Of a stretch of 64,000 nt of DNA, positions 46,460-56,482 are shown piece after piece; the first letter of the stretch is position 1, and each line of letters starts with the position of its first letter. Under the pieces are notes generated by a model. That model did not search any database, was not told the DNA's origin, and worked only from the letters and a program-made list of their open reading frames with translations. This DNA comes from Candidatus Thalassarchaeaceae archaeon (GTDB lineage: Archaea; Thermoplasmatota; Poseidoniia; Poseidoniales; Thalassarchaeaceae). The stretch lies in NCBI GenBank assembly GCA_045568075.1, contig JBJLBP010000001.1, positions 102,307 through 166,306 of the forward strand. Direction: 5' to 3'. The position numbers and the translations under genes are program-made.

Positions 46460-48184
46460 TTGCACATGCGCTCGCGCGAGTCAGCGGCCATTTCGATGGT
46501 TCTGTTGATGTTGCTGACTCCGCTGAGTGGATGCTTCGGCGGCGAGACAGGGGCTCCAGGCCCAGACGATCTCGACGTGAGGGCATCAAGCGACGCCGCC
46601 GGATTCTTCGTCGACTACACATTCGAAGCCGATGCGGCGATGTCGGTCTTCATCCCATATCTTCTGATGGATCCAATGACGCAATTCGTACAGAATTCGA
46701 CCGTCATCGATCTAGAAAACGGAGGGAGCGAAACTATCGCGATTCTTGCGCCGCCCCGAACCGAATCGATGCTATTCATGGTCGGTGAACCAGGGAGAGA
46801 AAATTGGCCTGTGAGGAATCAGGAGGAGTCTTGGACAACTTGGTTTGGTCACGGAGGCTCAGACGGAAATGGCCCTGATGCGATAGTGAGGGTCGTCGCC
46901 GAGAATACTACATTCGATACTGTAAACACCAGCGCCGATACAGGCGGTGCAGTTGGAATCAAGACGGTGAATATCCAACGTGCGATGGACATTGGTATCG
47001 AACAAGGTGGAGCGCACTCAACGGGATTATTGCACGGCAGAACTGTCTACGATCGGCTTTACGAAATTACCGACCCGGCCAATACATTCGATCTGGTCGA
47101 TGGGAAGGCTGGATACTACGATAGATGGGCTGGACAAGGAAATCCAGCCTATGAAGATGCAGCGCAGTACCTCATTCAGGAATTGTCTTCCTTCGGGTTG
47201 GAGGTTCGACAACACCGCTATGAATTCACCGATATCTTCCAAGTTCAGAATCCTGAGGCGTACAATATCTGTGCTTACAAATGGGGTAGCGAAGCGGTCA
47301 ATGAATGGTTGGTCTTTGGAGCCCACTTCGACGTCGCTCCACCTGCAAATGCGGTCCTCCTAGACCCTCATACCACAGGCTCACGAACCTACGGGACCCG
47401 TGTCGGAGCCTACGACAATACCGCTGGAACTTCGATGGTTCTCGAGACTGCGCGCGTCCTCGCTGAGTTCGAGAGTCGCCGAACCATGGTTTTCTGTTTG
47501 TGGTCCGGAGAAGAAGGTGGAAAGCGCGGTTCGGATTACTGGACAGAATACTACGTAGCAGAGGATAATCCAGATGTTACAGTTACGAATTACATCAATC
47601 TCGACATGGCTGGAGTCAATTGGCCGGGTGGTGGCGGGGCCCCTCACGGAGATCCTGACCCACAAATCGACGAGGACGGATATCCGAAAGATACCGAGGT
47701 CTGGCCGATGCGAGTCTACATCGGCCCAGGGCCTAACCACGATCACCTCGATCAGCCCGGAATGGTGGGGTTGTCCAACTGGATAGGTTCGGACGCCCTA
47801 GGATTAGAGGAGCAAATGGGGACTCTGGTCGGAACCAACTACTCCGCGGACACTTGGAAGACTGATGTTTGGTTGGATATGGATAGGCCGGAAATAATCG
47901 TCTACGAGGATACCACGGCCCGAAGCGACCACGCCAGCTTCCAAGACAATCTCGGGACGGTTACTGTTGGATTCGGTGGCTTGGTGGATGGTTATTGGTG
48001 CTATCACCAGACTTGTGACACCCTCCAAGAGATGGAGGAGTGGATGGACACTACAGGCAAGGATTACGGCGAGGATAACACAGGCGTGGCCAACCTCGTC
48101 AACAGCCTCGACATGATTACGTGGTGGGCGCTGATGACCTTCTTCCATTGCGACGAGAAGCCGGTTCTCAATGCACTAGAATGA
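46460..48184 (+). CDS. secreted M28-family zinc peptidase (lipoprotein)
   Basis: Signal peptide with lipobox-like LSGC; GAHFDV, GAYDNTAGTSMVLE and WSGEEGGKRGS metal-binding motifs. Confidence 0.75.
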   Translation: MHMRSRESAAISMVLLMLLTPLSGCFGGETGAPGPDDLDVRASSDAAGFFVDYTFEADAAMSVFIPYLLMDPMTQFVQNSTVIDLENGGSETIAILAPPRTESMLFMVGEPGRENWPVRNQEESWTTWFGHGGSDGNGPDAIVRVVAENTTFDTVNTSADTGGAVGIKTVNIQRAMDIGIEQGGAHSTGLLHGRTVYDRLYEITDPANTFDLVDGKAGYYDRWAGQGNPAYEDAAQYLIQELSSFGLEVRQHRYEFTDIFQVQNPEAYNICAYKWGSEAVNEWLVFGAHFDVAPPANAVLLDPHTTGSRTYGTRVGAYDNTAGTSMVLETARVLAEFESRRTMVFCLWSGEEGGKRGSDYWTEYYVAEDNPDVTVTNYINLDMAGVNWPGGGGAPHGDPDPQIDEDGYPKDTEVWPMRVYIGPGPNHDHLDQPGMVGLSNWIGSDALGLEEQMGTLVGTNYSADTWKTDVWLDMDRPEIIVYEDTTARSDHASFQDNLGTVTVGFGGLVDGYWCYHQTCDTLQEMEEWMDTTGKDYGEDNTGVANLVNSLDMITWWALMTFFHCDEKPVLNALE

Positions 48185-48185
48185 T

Positions 48186-48707
48186 TCACCACTCTATTGG
48201 GATGTGGATCTCGTTCCTGCGCATGAATGGGAGCGTTGACATTGGGTTGTCATAAACCGCTAGCTTTGCTTGCGAAGAAGGTGTTAATCCCTCGACTTCA
48301 ATCAGATTTGTTAGTTTTCTTTGCAATCTAGACACCTTGCTGGGACGAGAAAGTCCTGAGAATTTCAGAACCGCAACGACTTCTCCCTCAACGTGGAGTA
48401 AATCTACCCCTGAATCGTTGGGTATTGGCAAGTCTTCCATCTTATGCTCAGATGGCATTGTAAAGGCCATCAAGGACTCTTCTTCTGATTTCCAAATGTG
48501 AACCGGGGCGGTCATCGCAATACTTTGCTGCCGCTCGTTTCCGCCGAATATGTAGCCTGCAATCCTTCTGAAAGGCCTTGCAGCGTTTCCGTAATCCATT
48601 CCCTGTGTTACAACTCTAGCCTGTATGGTATCGGCGTATTTTCTAACTTCGAATTTCTTGTATTTACGCAGAGTTTCATATTGCGGTTCTTCAAGATCTT
48701 CGGCCAT
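48186..48707 (-). CDS. SOUL heme-binding family protein
   Basis: AVYDNPMSTLPFMRRNEIHIPIEW C-terminal signature of SOUL/HBP proteins; ATG (MAEDLEEPQYE) at 48707. Confidence 0.65.
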   Translation of the reverse strand: MAEDLEEPQYETLRKYKKFEVRKYADTIQARVVTQGMDYGNAARPFRRIAGYIFGGNERQQSIAMTAPVHIWKSEEESLMAFTMPSEHKMEDLPIPNDSGVDLLHVEGEVVAVLKFSGLSRPSKVSRLQRKLTNLIEVEGLTPSSQAKLAVYDNPMSTLPFMRRNEIHIPIEW

Positions 48708-48715
48708 GTTAGACA

Positions 48716-49627
48716 CTACTCCAACAAGGTTGGCAAGATGTTGAGATTGAACCAAATCAACCCCGCGAATACCGAGACCCAAATCCAATACACTACGTTT
48801 GACCAAGTCTTGACTTTTCTTCCATCAAGGGGGCCGAATGGAATCATATTGAATGCTCCAAGACCCGCATTACCCCAGCACCAGAGGTAAAGTAATCCTC
48901 TTTCTTTCCCACCAATCAGAGAGGTAAATTCTGTGGTTTCAAGACCAAGGACAATCAAACCTATTCCAATACCCCACATGATAACATTACTCAGTGGTCC
49001 TGCTAGGGCTATTTTGCCAAATTGTTCCTTGGTTGTTTTACCCATCACCATGACGGCCCCAGGAGCCATGAAAACTACTCCGATTAAAGCGGCGAGAATG
49101 ACTCCGAACCTTAGCCCGCCAGGTGATGCTCTAAATTCGGCCCAACAACCATAGTGGCGAGCTGATACCTTGTGAGCCATCTCGTGAACGATGAATGCAG
49201 GGGCTATTGGAATTATCCAGAATATCCCGCCTCTTACGAATTCACTCGGATCATTTAGTGCTCCGAATATCCCACCCACATTCATGAAGGCGAGTGCGAG
49301 CGAGAAGGCAAGTGTCGCCTGAGTTAGATGCTCGATTTCGATTTTGGAAAAGTGCCATATTGAGCCCTTGTGAATGTAGACTCTGCGTGGTTGTGGCTCT
49401 TCACCAAATACTCGGAAGAAAGGCTGTCCGCCTTGGCCTTTGTTAGCGAAAACAACTCTGACGTGTGGCTTTCGCCAATTCCCATCATCGCGCGCACGCG
49501 TGTGACTTCCAGGAGACTGTGTGCGATCAAAGGGGTCGTCCTCGAGCCGGGAGGCGCGTGGGTCTCTCTCTGCCGACATCTGGTCATCCCCTCCCTCGCG
49601 ACTCGTTTGAAGGCTCGTAGTATTCAA
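48716..49627 (-). CDS. site-2 protease family (M50) membrane metalloprotease
   Basis: HExxH motif FIVHEMAHKVSA within multiple TM helices. Confidence 0.7.
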   Translation of the reverse strand: MNTTSLQTSREGGDDQMSAERDPRASRLEDDPFDRTQSPGSHTRARDDGNWRKPHVRVVFANKGQGGQPFFRVFGEEPQPRRVYIHKGSIWHFSKIEIEHLTQATLAFSLALAFMNVGGIFGALNDPSEFVRGGIFWIIPIAPAFIVHEMAHKVSARHYGCWAEFRASPGGLRFGVILAALIGVVFMAPGAVMVMGKTTKEQFGKIALAGPLSNVIMWGIGIGLIVLGLETTEFTSLIGGKERGLLYLWCWGNAGLGAFNMIPFGPLDGRKVKTWSNVVYWIWVSVFAGLIWFNLNILPTLLE

Positions 49628-50136
49628 TCCTCATCCAAGAGTTCGCCGACCTCATCCATCAAGTCGTCCCAAGAGGGCACCTCGGGCCTATCTGCGGTGC
49701 CAAACATAGCAAGCATCTCCTCCCTCTCCTCGGCATTAGGAGCTCGGTCCGACCACGGATTTTGATTTGCTACATCGCGGATGAGGGACTTGTCTTCCTT
49801 CTGGCGTTGCTTGGCAAACCTCGCCTCTACTTGCTCCATAGTAATCACTTCCTCAACGCCCTGGTGGGCATCGATCAATCGTTGGTACGCAAGCATGTAT
49901 TCTCCATGTTCGCTGTCGTCAATGTGCTTACCCGGTTCGGCGAGCATAGTGACGTGTTCGCGAGCGAGACGTTCCGCCTTACTGCTCGCGGGTCCGCTAG
50001 TCAATTTGTCCCGCGCCCTTGCATGAGAGTCGATACACTGACGGCAACGCTCTGTACCTGGCACGTCCGGAGCATCGCAAGTCAGACAGCAGACTACGAA
50101 ACCCATCTGTTCCATTGCACGACGTGGGAGCGACAT
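49624..50136 (-). CDS. hypothetical zinc-ribbon protein with acidic C-terminus
   Basis: CCLTCD...CRQC Cys cluster near the N-terminus; overlaps the M50 protease start by 4 nt. Confidence 0.45.
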   Translation of the reverse strand: MSLPRRAMEQMGFVVCCLTCDAPDVPGTERCRQCIDSHARARDKLTSGPASSKAERLAREHVTMLAEPGKHIDDSEHGEYMLAYQRLIDAHQGVEEVITMEQVEARFAKQRQKEDKSLIRDVANQNPWSDRAPNAEEREEMLAMFGTADRPEVPSWDDLMDEVGELLDED

Positions 50137-50178
50137 GATTGAACAGCGGTCATGGTAATGAGAGATGAATGCTCCCGC

Positions 50179-52644
50179 TCACTCATCGCTTTCGGACAAA
50201 TTTTTCCGGGCGATGAGAACGCCAACCAGCGCAATTGCTGCAATACCAATCGCTGCTAGTATAATCGGCATGAGCCTTGATTCTGCAACTAGAGAGGGTT
50301 CTGGGCTTGGTTGTGGCTCGGGTTCGGGCTCGGGTTCGGGCTCTGGAGTCGAGAATGTGATTGTCAATTCCTCGATTTGGAATGAGGTGCCGAAAGATCC
50401 GTTGACGACGACGGTTTGGCCGTCGTCGACCGCTACCATCAGTAGATGAGTACCTTCAGCGAGACGGCCGTATTCCTTGCCATCGACGTTTATCGAGGTC
50501 TTACAGCCGCCTTCACAAGTCAGAGTCATAGCAATTCTAGCCATTCCCGGCGCCATCATCTCATTCAGTAATTCGAGTTCAACAGTGATTGCTGGACAGC
50601 CTCCTACTGAGCCAACCGTTTCTGGACATGGGTCTTCTGAATCCATCAGACCGTCAGAATCTGTATCCCTTTGGCTGGGGCCGCAGCCATCTCGATCCGC
50701 GTCCTCACCTTCCGGGGTTTCTGGGCATTGGTCTTCAGAGTCAGTGTATCCATCTAAATCAGAATCTCGCTGACTGGCGCTGCAGCCATTTTCGTCCACC
50801 TGCTCATCGGAATCTGTTCCGGAGCATTGGTCGGACTCATCAGACACACCATCTCCATCTGCGTCTCTCTGGGCTGCAGAACAGCCGTTTTCATCAACCA
50901 GTTTTCCAGTAGCGGTCGAAGGACACAGATCGAATGCGTCCAATATCCCATCAGAATCAGTGTCACGCTGATAGGCCGAACATCCCTGGTCGTCGACCTC
51001 TCGGCCCGGTATGGTCGCACTGCAATCATCCAGAGCATTGACTATTCCATCGAGGTCGTAATCAGCTTGCATCTCACTACATCCTTGGGAGTTCACTGAG
51101 GCTCCACTCGCCGTCTCCGGGCATTGGTCATCAGCGTCGCTGACGCCGTCTCCATCACTATCGCGCTGGCTCGCAGCACAACCATTCTCGTCAACGGTTT
51201 GACCATCGGGGGTGCCAGCGCAGTCATCGTCCTCATCGAGTATACCGTCGCCGTCAGTATCGACAGGGGGTGGACAACCGTCGCTGTCGACCTCCTCGCC
51301 CGGCCGGCTGTCATCACAGAGATCTTCGTCATCGGCTAGGCCATCGCCATCGTAATCCGACTCGCCAACTAACTCCTTCACAAACATCGCGATATACTTG
51401 TGAACCGCCATAGTTGGATGCTTATCATCGAAGAAGATGAAACGGTTCGGAACTGGATCTATCGGATCATTAGAATCACAGGTGATTCCACTGTGCTCAC
51501 ATGCAGAGTGGGTGATGTTGTCAAAACCGAATGCAGATGGATTCCAGTAAATTTCCTCGAATGCTTGCCAGGCAGGTATCAGATAGACTGTGGTGCCATA
51601 CTCAGATGTCAAATCCGTCGCTAGTGTTGCTATACCTGCGTTGAACTCGTCGATGCGCTCGGCCTTCTCTGCCTTCGATTCTGCTGAGTCGTCGCGGAAC
51701 TCTGGGATTCTGTCAATAGGAGGGAGTTCGAACAGAAGCAACGTCTCAGCTCCATCATCTATGACCTGAATAGCGTGCTCCTCGATATTGTTAACAATCT
51801 CCATACCATTATCGACACCATTGCGTATGTCGTTACCTCCGGCCCAAATTCCGATCGCCTCATCAGCATCAAATGAGAAAGTATCAGTGTAATCGTCAAC
51901 CTGTCTACCGACATTCGTGACGACCCAGAGGTAGTAGCCATTCTCGGATGTCGCACCGCCATATGCACGGTTATTGCCAGAATCCGATCCTTGGCCAATC
52001 GTTGTGCTCACACCCATCCACTGGTGTACGCGATCGAGCCAAACTTTGCCATTGGTAAATCGGCCGCCGAAATATGGTGGGCTATCGGGGGTACCCCATT
52101 CTCGGTAGGAATTTCCTGTATCTGAGAGGCTGTCACCGAACATCACGAGGTCGGTCCAATCGGGTGAGAGAGATTTACGGAAGACTGCAAATTTCTGTTC
52201 TGTATCTGTAATCGAAGCCGGATCACCGGCCTTCTGGATGCTTGCGGTGAGTAAGTAGAGGTGGGAATCGGTTGAGAAATGCCAGACCTCAATCGCTTCG
52301 TAATGATTCGAACCAGATGGTTGGAAATAGAACAAATCTGAAGCGAGTGAGTTGCCTTGAGTTGTGTTTCCTTCACGAAGATTCCACGAAAGGATGTAGG
52401 TGTCTGTGCTCGACAATCCCGAGAGGCTGAAGACTGCTTGCAGCGACTCGTCCGACATCATTACCTTCTCATTGATATCGACAGAGATACCCAGAAGCGG
52501 ATCCTTCGCTGAACCTCTCGCTGTGTCACTTCCTGAATCGGCGAGTGCGGTATTACTTGAGCTCGAAAGAAGCAAGAGAGAGATCAGAATCAATGCAACT
52601 TGCCTATTCTTCAGAATCGAGGGGTTGGTTTTCGCGCCTTGCAT
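50179..52644 (-). CDS. surface-anchored GDSL/SGNH lipase-acylhydrolase with thrombospondin type-3 repeats
   Basis: Signal peptide; GDSL block VMFGDSLSDTGN; about 10 DxDxDGxxDxxDxC repeats; (EP)n linker; C-terminal TM helix ILAAIGIAAIALVGVLIA. Confidence 0.75.
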   Translation of the reverse strand: MQGAKTNPSILKNRQVALILISLLLLSSSSNTALADSGSDTARGSAKDPLLGISVDINEKVMMSDESLQAVFSLSGLSSTDTYILSWNLREGNTTQGNSLASDLFYFQPSGSNHYEAIEVWHFSTDSHLYLLTASIQKAGDPASITDTEQKFAVFRKSLSPDWTDLVMFGDSLSDTGNSYREWGTPDSPPYFGGRFTNGKVWLDRVHQWMGVSTTIGQGSDSGNNRAYGGATSENGYYLWVVTNVGRQVDDYTDTFSFDADEAIGIWAGGNDIRNGVDNGMEIVNNIEEHAIQVIDDGAETLLLFELPPIDRIPEFRDDSAESKAEKAERIDEFNAGIATLATDLTSEYGTTVYLIPAWQAFEEIYWNPSAFGFDNITHSACEHSGITCDSNDPIDPVPNRFIFFDDKHPTMAVHKYIAMFVKELVGESDYDGDGLADDEDLCDDSRPGEEVDSDGCPPPVDTDGDGILDEDDDCAGTPDGQTVDENGCAASQRDSDGDGVSDADDQCPETASGASVNSQGCSEMQADYDLDGIVNALDDCSATIPGREVDDQGCSAYQRDTDSDGILDAFDLCPSTATGKLVDENGCSAAQRDADGDGVSDESDQCSGTDSDEQVDENGCSASQRDSDLDGYTDSEDQCPETPEGEDADRDGCGPSQRDTDSDGLMDSEDPCPETVGSVGGCPAITVELELLNEMMAPGMARIAMTLTCEGGCKTSINVDGKEYGRLAEGTHLLMVAVDDGQTVVVNGSFGTSFQIEELTITFSTPEPEPEPEPEPQPSPEPSLVAESRLMPIILAAIGIAAIALVGVLIARKNLSESDE
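50302..50350. repeat. simple sequence repeat (GGCTCGGGTTCG)n encoding the (EP)n linker
   Basis: Two perfect 12-nt units plus degenerate flanks, read directly; lies inside the lipase CDS. Confidence 0.6.
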
Positions 52645-52658
52645 CGCTCATCAACTCC

Positions 52659-54515
52659 TCAATTATCTCTCTGTGGTGTGATTAGAACATTCGAGCCGTC
52701 GCGATCGATGAGTGGTAGAGAGAGTGTGCTATCGTCGATAATATGCACGTGCACTGGACAGGCTGCTCCGCAGGCTGGAGCGAGGTAGTCCTTGCCAGAG
52801 GTCGTCATCACTAGTTTGATTCCGTTTCCTGCTGGAAGAAGGTGGTCGATACCTTGGAATTCCATCATCATCGTTACTGTCTGACCTGGGATTATTCCAG
52901 TAGGTTCGTTTCCTCCGGAATGGTATCGAATATCCATCGTCGCATGACCAATCCTAATTCCAGTAATCGAATCTTGCATTTCGACGAATACTTGTCCGCC
53001 ATCATACACTGCAGAAGCGAGCAAATGTAATCGAACAAGGCCGGAAATATGCACGTCCTCATCGAAGGCTGGGCACTCAACAATGACTTCACTGACGCCC
53101 CCAATAACCGGCGCTCCCCCTACCCACGAGTTGCCTTGATTTGTGCAATCACCAAGAGATATGTCGGTCCAATTGATGTCACGGGGGGGCCAGGTTTGCT
53201 CGATTCGCCACTCGCCGTCTGTACGTTGAATCTGGGCTGAGAGATCGGGTTTCGGGCCAATTCCTTTGAGATAGTATTCGAACCACTCAAACAAATCCTG
53301 TGCCCAGTCCCAGCGCGTCATATTATCGCGAGCCTCGAAGCCATTGCCACTACTCACGCCATCGTGGCTGGAAACTTGGTCAGGGTAATGGTGACCCCAT
53401 TGACCTAGTATTCCTCTGACATCGTACCCGGCATCGATGTATTCCTGATACCAATTTACTCCAACAGGCCCTCCGAACACTTGGTGAGGATCAACGTTCC
53501 AATCTTGCATTCCCTGAACCCAGTAAATACTTCCATTCCAATTTCCAAATGCCTTGTCGATATGGCTTCTCTCGTCGTAATAATTTTGCATATAGGGATC
53601 CATTTCCCCACCAATGTAAGTTACCGGTCCCGCGAAAAGTCCCTCGGCGATATCAGGGCAAACATTGTCTAAGTCGTCCTCATTGTAGTCGACTGTGCTC
53701 GAGAAGTAATTCATGTGCATGACTTGGCTTCTCGCCTCAGCACTGCCGTTTTTGTACAATAGAGGATGTAGTGCTGTAGTCCCCGAAATCGGTACGATTG
53801 TTTTCAGATACTCACTACCCTGAGCCGCTGCCTCCCATTGAGTAGCGCCCTCGTAGGACTTGCCATATAGGCCGACGTGACCATTACTCCATTCCTGTGA
53901 TCCAAGCCATTCTACTGCGTGATGAATGCCCCATCCTTCGCCAGCTCCACGGTAATCGAAGCATCCACTGGAAAGTTCAGTCCCGAAGACGCTGGCTTGG
54001 GCCAATGCATAGCCGTGAGGAACGAAATTTCGGAAAATGAACTCCCCTCGACCGGCAGCTACTACGTTGGTTGGGTTGGATTCGTCTCCGGGCTGGCCGT
54101 AGGAGAAATATGGGCTGATTATTGCGATAACAGGGACCTTTTCACCTTCCAAGGTATTGTTTGGAAGCCAATAGGATAGGTGAACTGTGGATTGAGCAGG
54201 GCCTGTCTCCCAAACTTGACTGGTATCGACCTCTATGAATGCCTCTTGAACATCAAGGGCGTGGTATGGCCCTGGCTCTAGAAGATATGACATCGTGTCG
54301 TTAGTTTGCCACTCTAGAGTGTGTCTATCCCAAATCGATGGGTATGGATTTTCATCCATCTTTTCAGGGGTTTCTTCGGTAGCCCAGAACATGCAGCCGG
54401 AGAGGCTCATCGCTAGCAACATCAGGACCGCTGCTCCCGCGCGCGTGCGCCGCCTCATGGAGGCGGCGAGAGGAAGCAGACATCTCAAACCTGCGGATTG
54501 AAAACTAGAGGGCAA
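52659..54515 (-). CDS. CocE/NonD family hydrolase (Xaa-Pro dipeptidyl-peptidase, S15-like), secreted lipoprotein
   Basis: Signal peptide with LSGC; nucleophile motif GLYGKSYEGATQ; large C-terminal beta domain. Confidence 0.7.
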   Translation of the reverse strand: MPSSFQSAGLRCLLPLAASMRRRTRAGAAVLMLLAMSLSGCMFWATEETPEKMDENPYPSIWDRHTLEWQTNDTMSYLLEPGPYHALDVQEAFIEVDTSQVWETGPAQSTVHLSYWLPNNTLEGEKVPVIAIISPYFSYGQPGDESNPTNVVAAGRGEFIFRNFVPHGYALAQASVFGTELSSGCFDYRGAGEGWGIHHAVEWLGSQEWSNGHVGLYGKSYEGATQWEAAAQGSEYLKTIVPISGTTALHPLLYKNGSAEARSQVMHMNYFSSTVDYNEDDLDNVCPDIAEGLFAGPVTYIGGEMDPYMQNYYDERSHIDKAFGNWNGSIYWVQGMQDWNVDPHQVFGGPVGVNWYQEYIDAGYDVRGILGQWGHHYPDQVSSHDGVSSGNGFEARDNMTRWDWAQDLFEWFEYYLKGIGPKPDLSAQIQRTDGEWRIEQTWPPRDINWTDISLGDCTNQGNSWVGGAPVIGGVSEVIVECPAFDEDVHISGLVRLHLLASAVYDGGQVFVEMQDSITGIRIGHATMDIRYHSGGNEPTGIIPGQTVTMMMEFQGIDHLLPAGNGIKLVMTTSGKDYLAPACGAACPVHVHIIDDSTLSLPLIDRDGSNVLITPQRDN

Positions 54516-54526
54516 GTGGTAATTGT

Positions 54527-56041
54527 GTGGATACCGAAATAGTTCATCGCCGTCGCTGGATGATTCTCGGTGTCATGAGTCTTAGTCTTGTTATTGTGAT
54601 GCTCAATAATGTGACACTGAACGTCGCTCTTCCTGAACTCTCAAAGGATCTTCGAGCAGATAATACCGAGTTGCAGTGGATTCTAGATGCCTATGCATTA
54701 GTCTTCGGCGGATTGCTTCTTGTTATGGGTGCCCTTGGCGATCGATTCGGTCGCAAAGGCGCCCTGCAAATTGGGCTCTTGTTAGTTGCAACCGCTTCTG
54801 CCCTGACCGCGATGTATGCATCGACATCGGGCGAGGTAATTGTTGCCCGCGCGGTAATGGGAATTGGAGCAGCCCTCGTGATGCCGGCAACGCTCTCTGT
54901 GGTGGTGGTTGTATTCCCTCCTGAAGAAAGGGGCAAAGCGGTTGGAATATGGGCCGCTATGGCCGGAGTCGGCGCTCCACTTGGTCTACTTGTAGGAGGG
55001 TGGGCTGTGGAGAATTACGATTGGCAAATGGTCTTCTGGATTAATGTTCCAATTATCGCTTTAGCACTACTTCTCGGGCTATTTCTCGTGCCCAAATCTA
55101 AGGATAATCAAGAGCGCCCTCTCGATCCTATTGGGGCCTTCCTTTCCATAGGCGCATTGGGTTCAATTCTCTACGCCATAATCGAGGCCCCGAGTCATGG
55201 ATGGACGTCGCCAGAAACGATTGGAGTGGCGGGCCTCGGCTTGCTGTTTACTCTAGCATTCATCCAATGGGAGAGGCGTGTTGAGCATCCAATGCTGCCA
55301 ATCGAATTCTTCTCCTCACCTGGCTTTACCATGGGATTGATTGCAATCATGTTAGCATTCTTCGTTATGTTTTCTTTCATGTTCACGCAAATGCTTCATT
55401 TCCAATTGGTACGAGGACACACAGCCCTAGATGCGGCTTTGAGATTCCTTCCTCTACCGCTGGGGTTGATGCCTGCGGCAGCTAACTCAGATCGTCTGGT
55501 TGCGCGATTCGGAAGTAATCGAATTGTCAGTACTGGTCTAACTTTGGTCGCCATTGGAATGGTCCTCTTCACCACTGTAACTATTGATACGGAATATCTT
55601 CAAATCGCTGTCACCTTCTTCCTTCTAGGGCTTGGTATGGGACTAACTATGGCGCCTTCTACTACTCTTGTAATGGATTCAATCCCTGAAGACAAGGCAG
55701 GGGTAGGGAGTGCCACAAACGATGCAAGTAGAGAAATCGGCGGCGCGCTTGGAATTGCGATTGGCGGTTCTGTGCTCAACGAATATTACCAACGTAGCCT
55801 AGTGGTTCCTGAGGAACTAGAACATCTTGATTCCGTTCTTCGTGAATCATTCCCCGCAGCGATGAGGATTGGAGGGGATATGCTGTCAGAAGGTAATGAG
55901 GTAGGCGCCCAGTTAATTGAATCCGCAAGACTTGCATTTGTAGACGGAATGATTGCATCCGCTTGGGTAGGGGCGGTAATTGCCCTTACCAATGCGTTGC
56001 TAGTCTGGAAATTTATGCCTTCGCGTGCAATCTATGATTAA
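54527..56041 (+). CDS. MFS transporter, DHA2 (drug:H+ antiporter, 14-TM) family
   Basis: About 14 predicted TM helices, motif GALGDRFGRKG after TM2. Confidence 0.85.
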   Translation: MDTEIVHRRRWMILGVMSLSLVIVMLNNVTLNVALPELSKDLRADNTELQWILDAYALVFGGLLLVMGALGDRFGRKGALQIGLLLVATASALTAMYASTSGEVIVARAVMGIGAALVMPATLSVVVVVFPPEERGKAVGIWAAMAGVGAPLGLLVGGWAVENYDWQMVFWINVPIIALALLLGLFLVPKSKDNQERPLDPIGAFLSIGALGSILYAIIEAPSHGWTSPETIGVAGLGLLFTLAFIQWERRVEHPMLPIEFFSSPGFTMGLIAIMLAFFVMFSFMFTQMLHFQLVRGHTALDAALRFLPLPLGLMPAAANSDRLVARFGSNRIVSTGLTLVAIGMVLFTTVTIDTEYLQIAVTFFLLGLGMGLTMAPSTTLVMDSIPEDKAGVGSATNDASREIGGALGIAIGGSVLNEYYQRSLVVPEELEHLDSVLRESFPAAMRIGGDMLSEGNEVGAQLIESARLAFVDGMIASAWVGAVIALTNALLVWKFMPSRAIYD

Positions 56042-56047
56042 GAAAAT

Positions 56048-56482
56048 TCACTCTCGGTTGAGGACCATATGGAGTAAGAGTCCAACCGGCATCAGCATGA
56101 CCCCGAAGAAGACAATCCCTCGTGTTTGATTAATTCCGATTTCATTCTCAATCGCCTTGCGCCACATCCACCTAGTGGCAATTATGTCGCCTGCGACCAT
56201 ATGGGTCCATGCAAGAACCGTTCCCGACTCCGTTCCCAGAAGATTGACCATAGTATCCATCATGTCAGCAGGATTTCCAGAAAATAATTCTATCATGCCG
56301 CTTGGATCAACAATTATTGTGGCAAAATATGCAACTAAGGGTCCGATGAAAAGAGTATTTCCTTCCACCCATTTCGAAGTTCTTTCAGATGTGGGTTCAA
56401 TCATCATAAGCAACCAAAAAGGCCCAACCCAAATAGTTGGAATCAGAAACAGTACCGCATAAATCAATTCCATATCAATCAC
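56048..56482 (-). CDS. DUF4281 / ABA4-like membrane protein
   Basis: 4 TM helices and AWTHMVAGDIIATRWMW segment resembling the ABA4-like family. Confidence 0.5.
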   Translation of the reverse strand: MIDMELIYAVLFLIPTIWVGPFWLLMMIEPTSERTSKWVEGNTLFIGPLVAYFATIIVDPSGMIELFSGNPADMMDTMVNLLGTESGTVLAWTHMVAGDIIATRWMWRKAIENEIGINQTRGIVFFGVMLMPVGLLLHMVLNRE

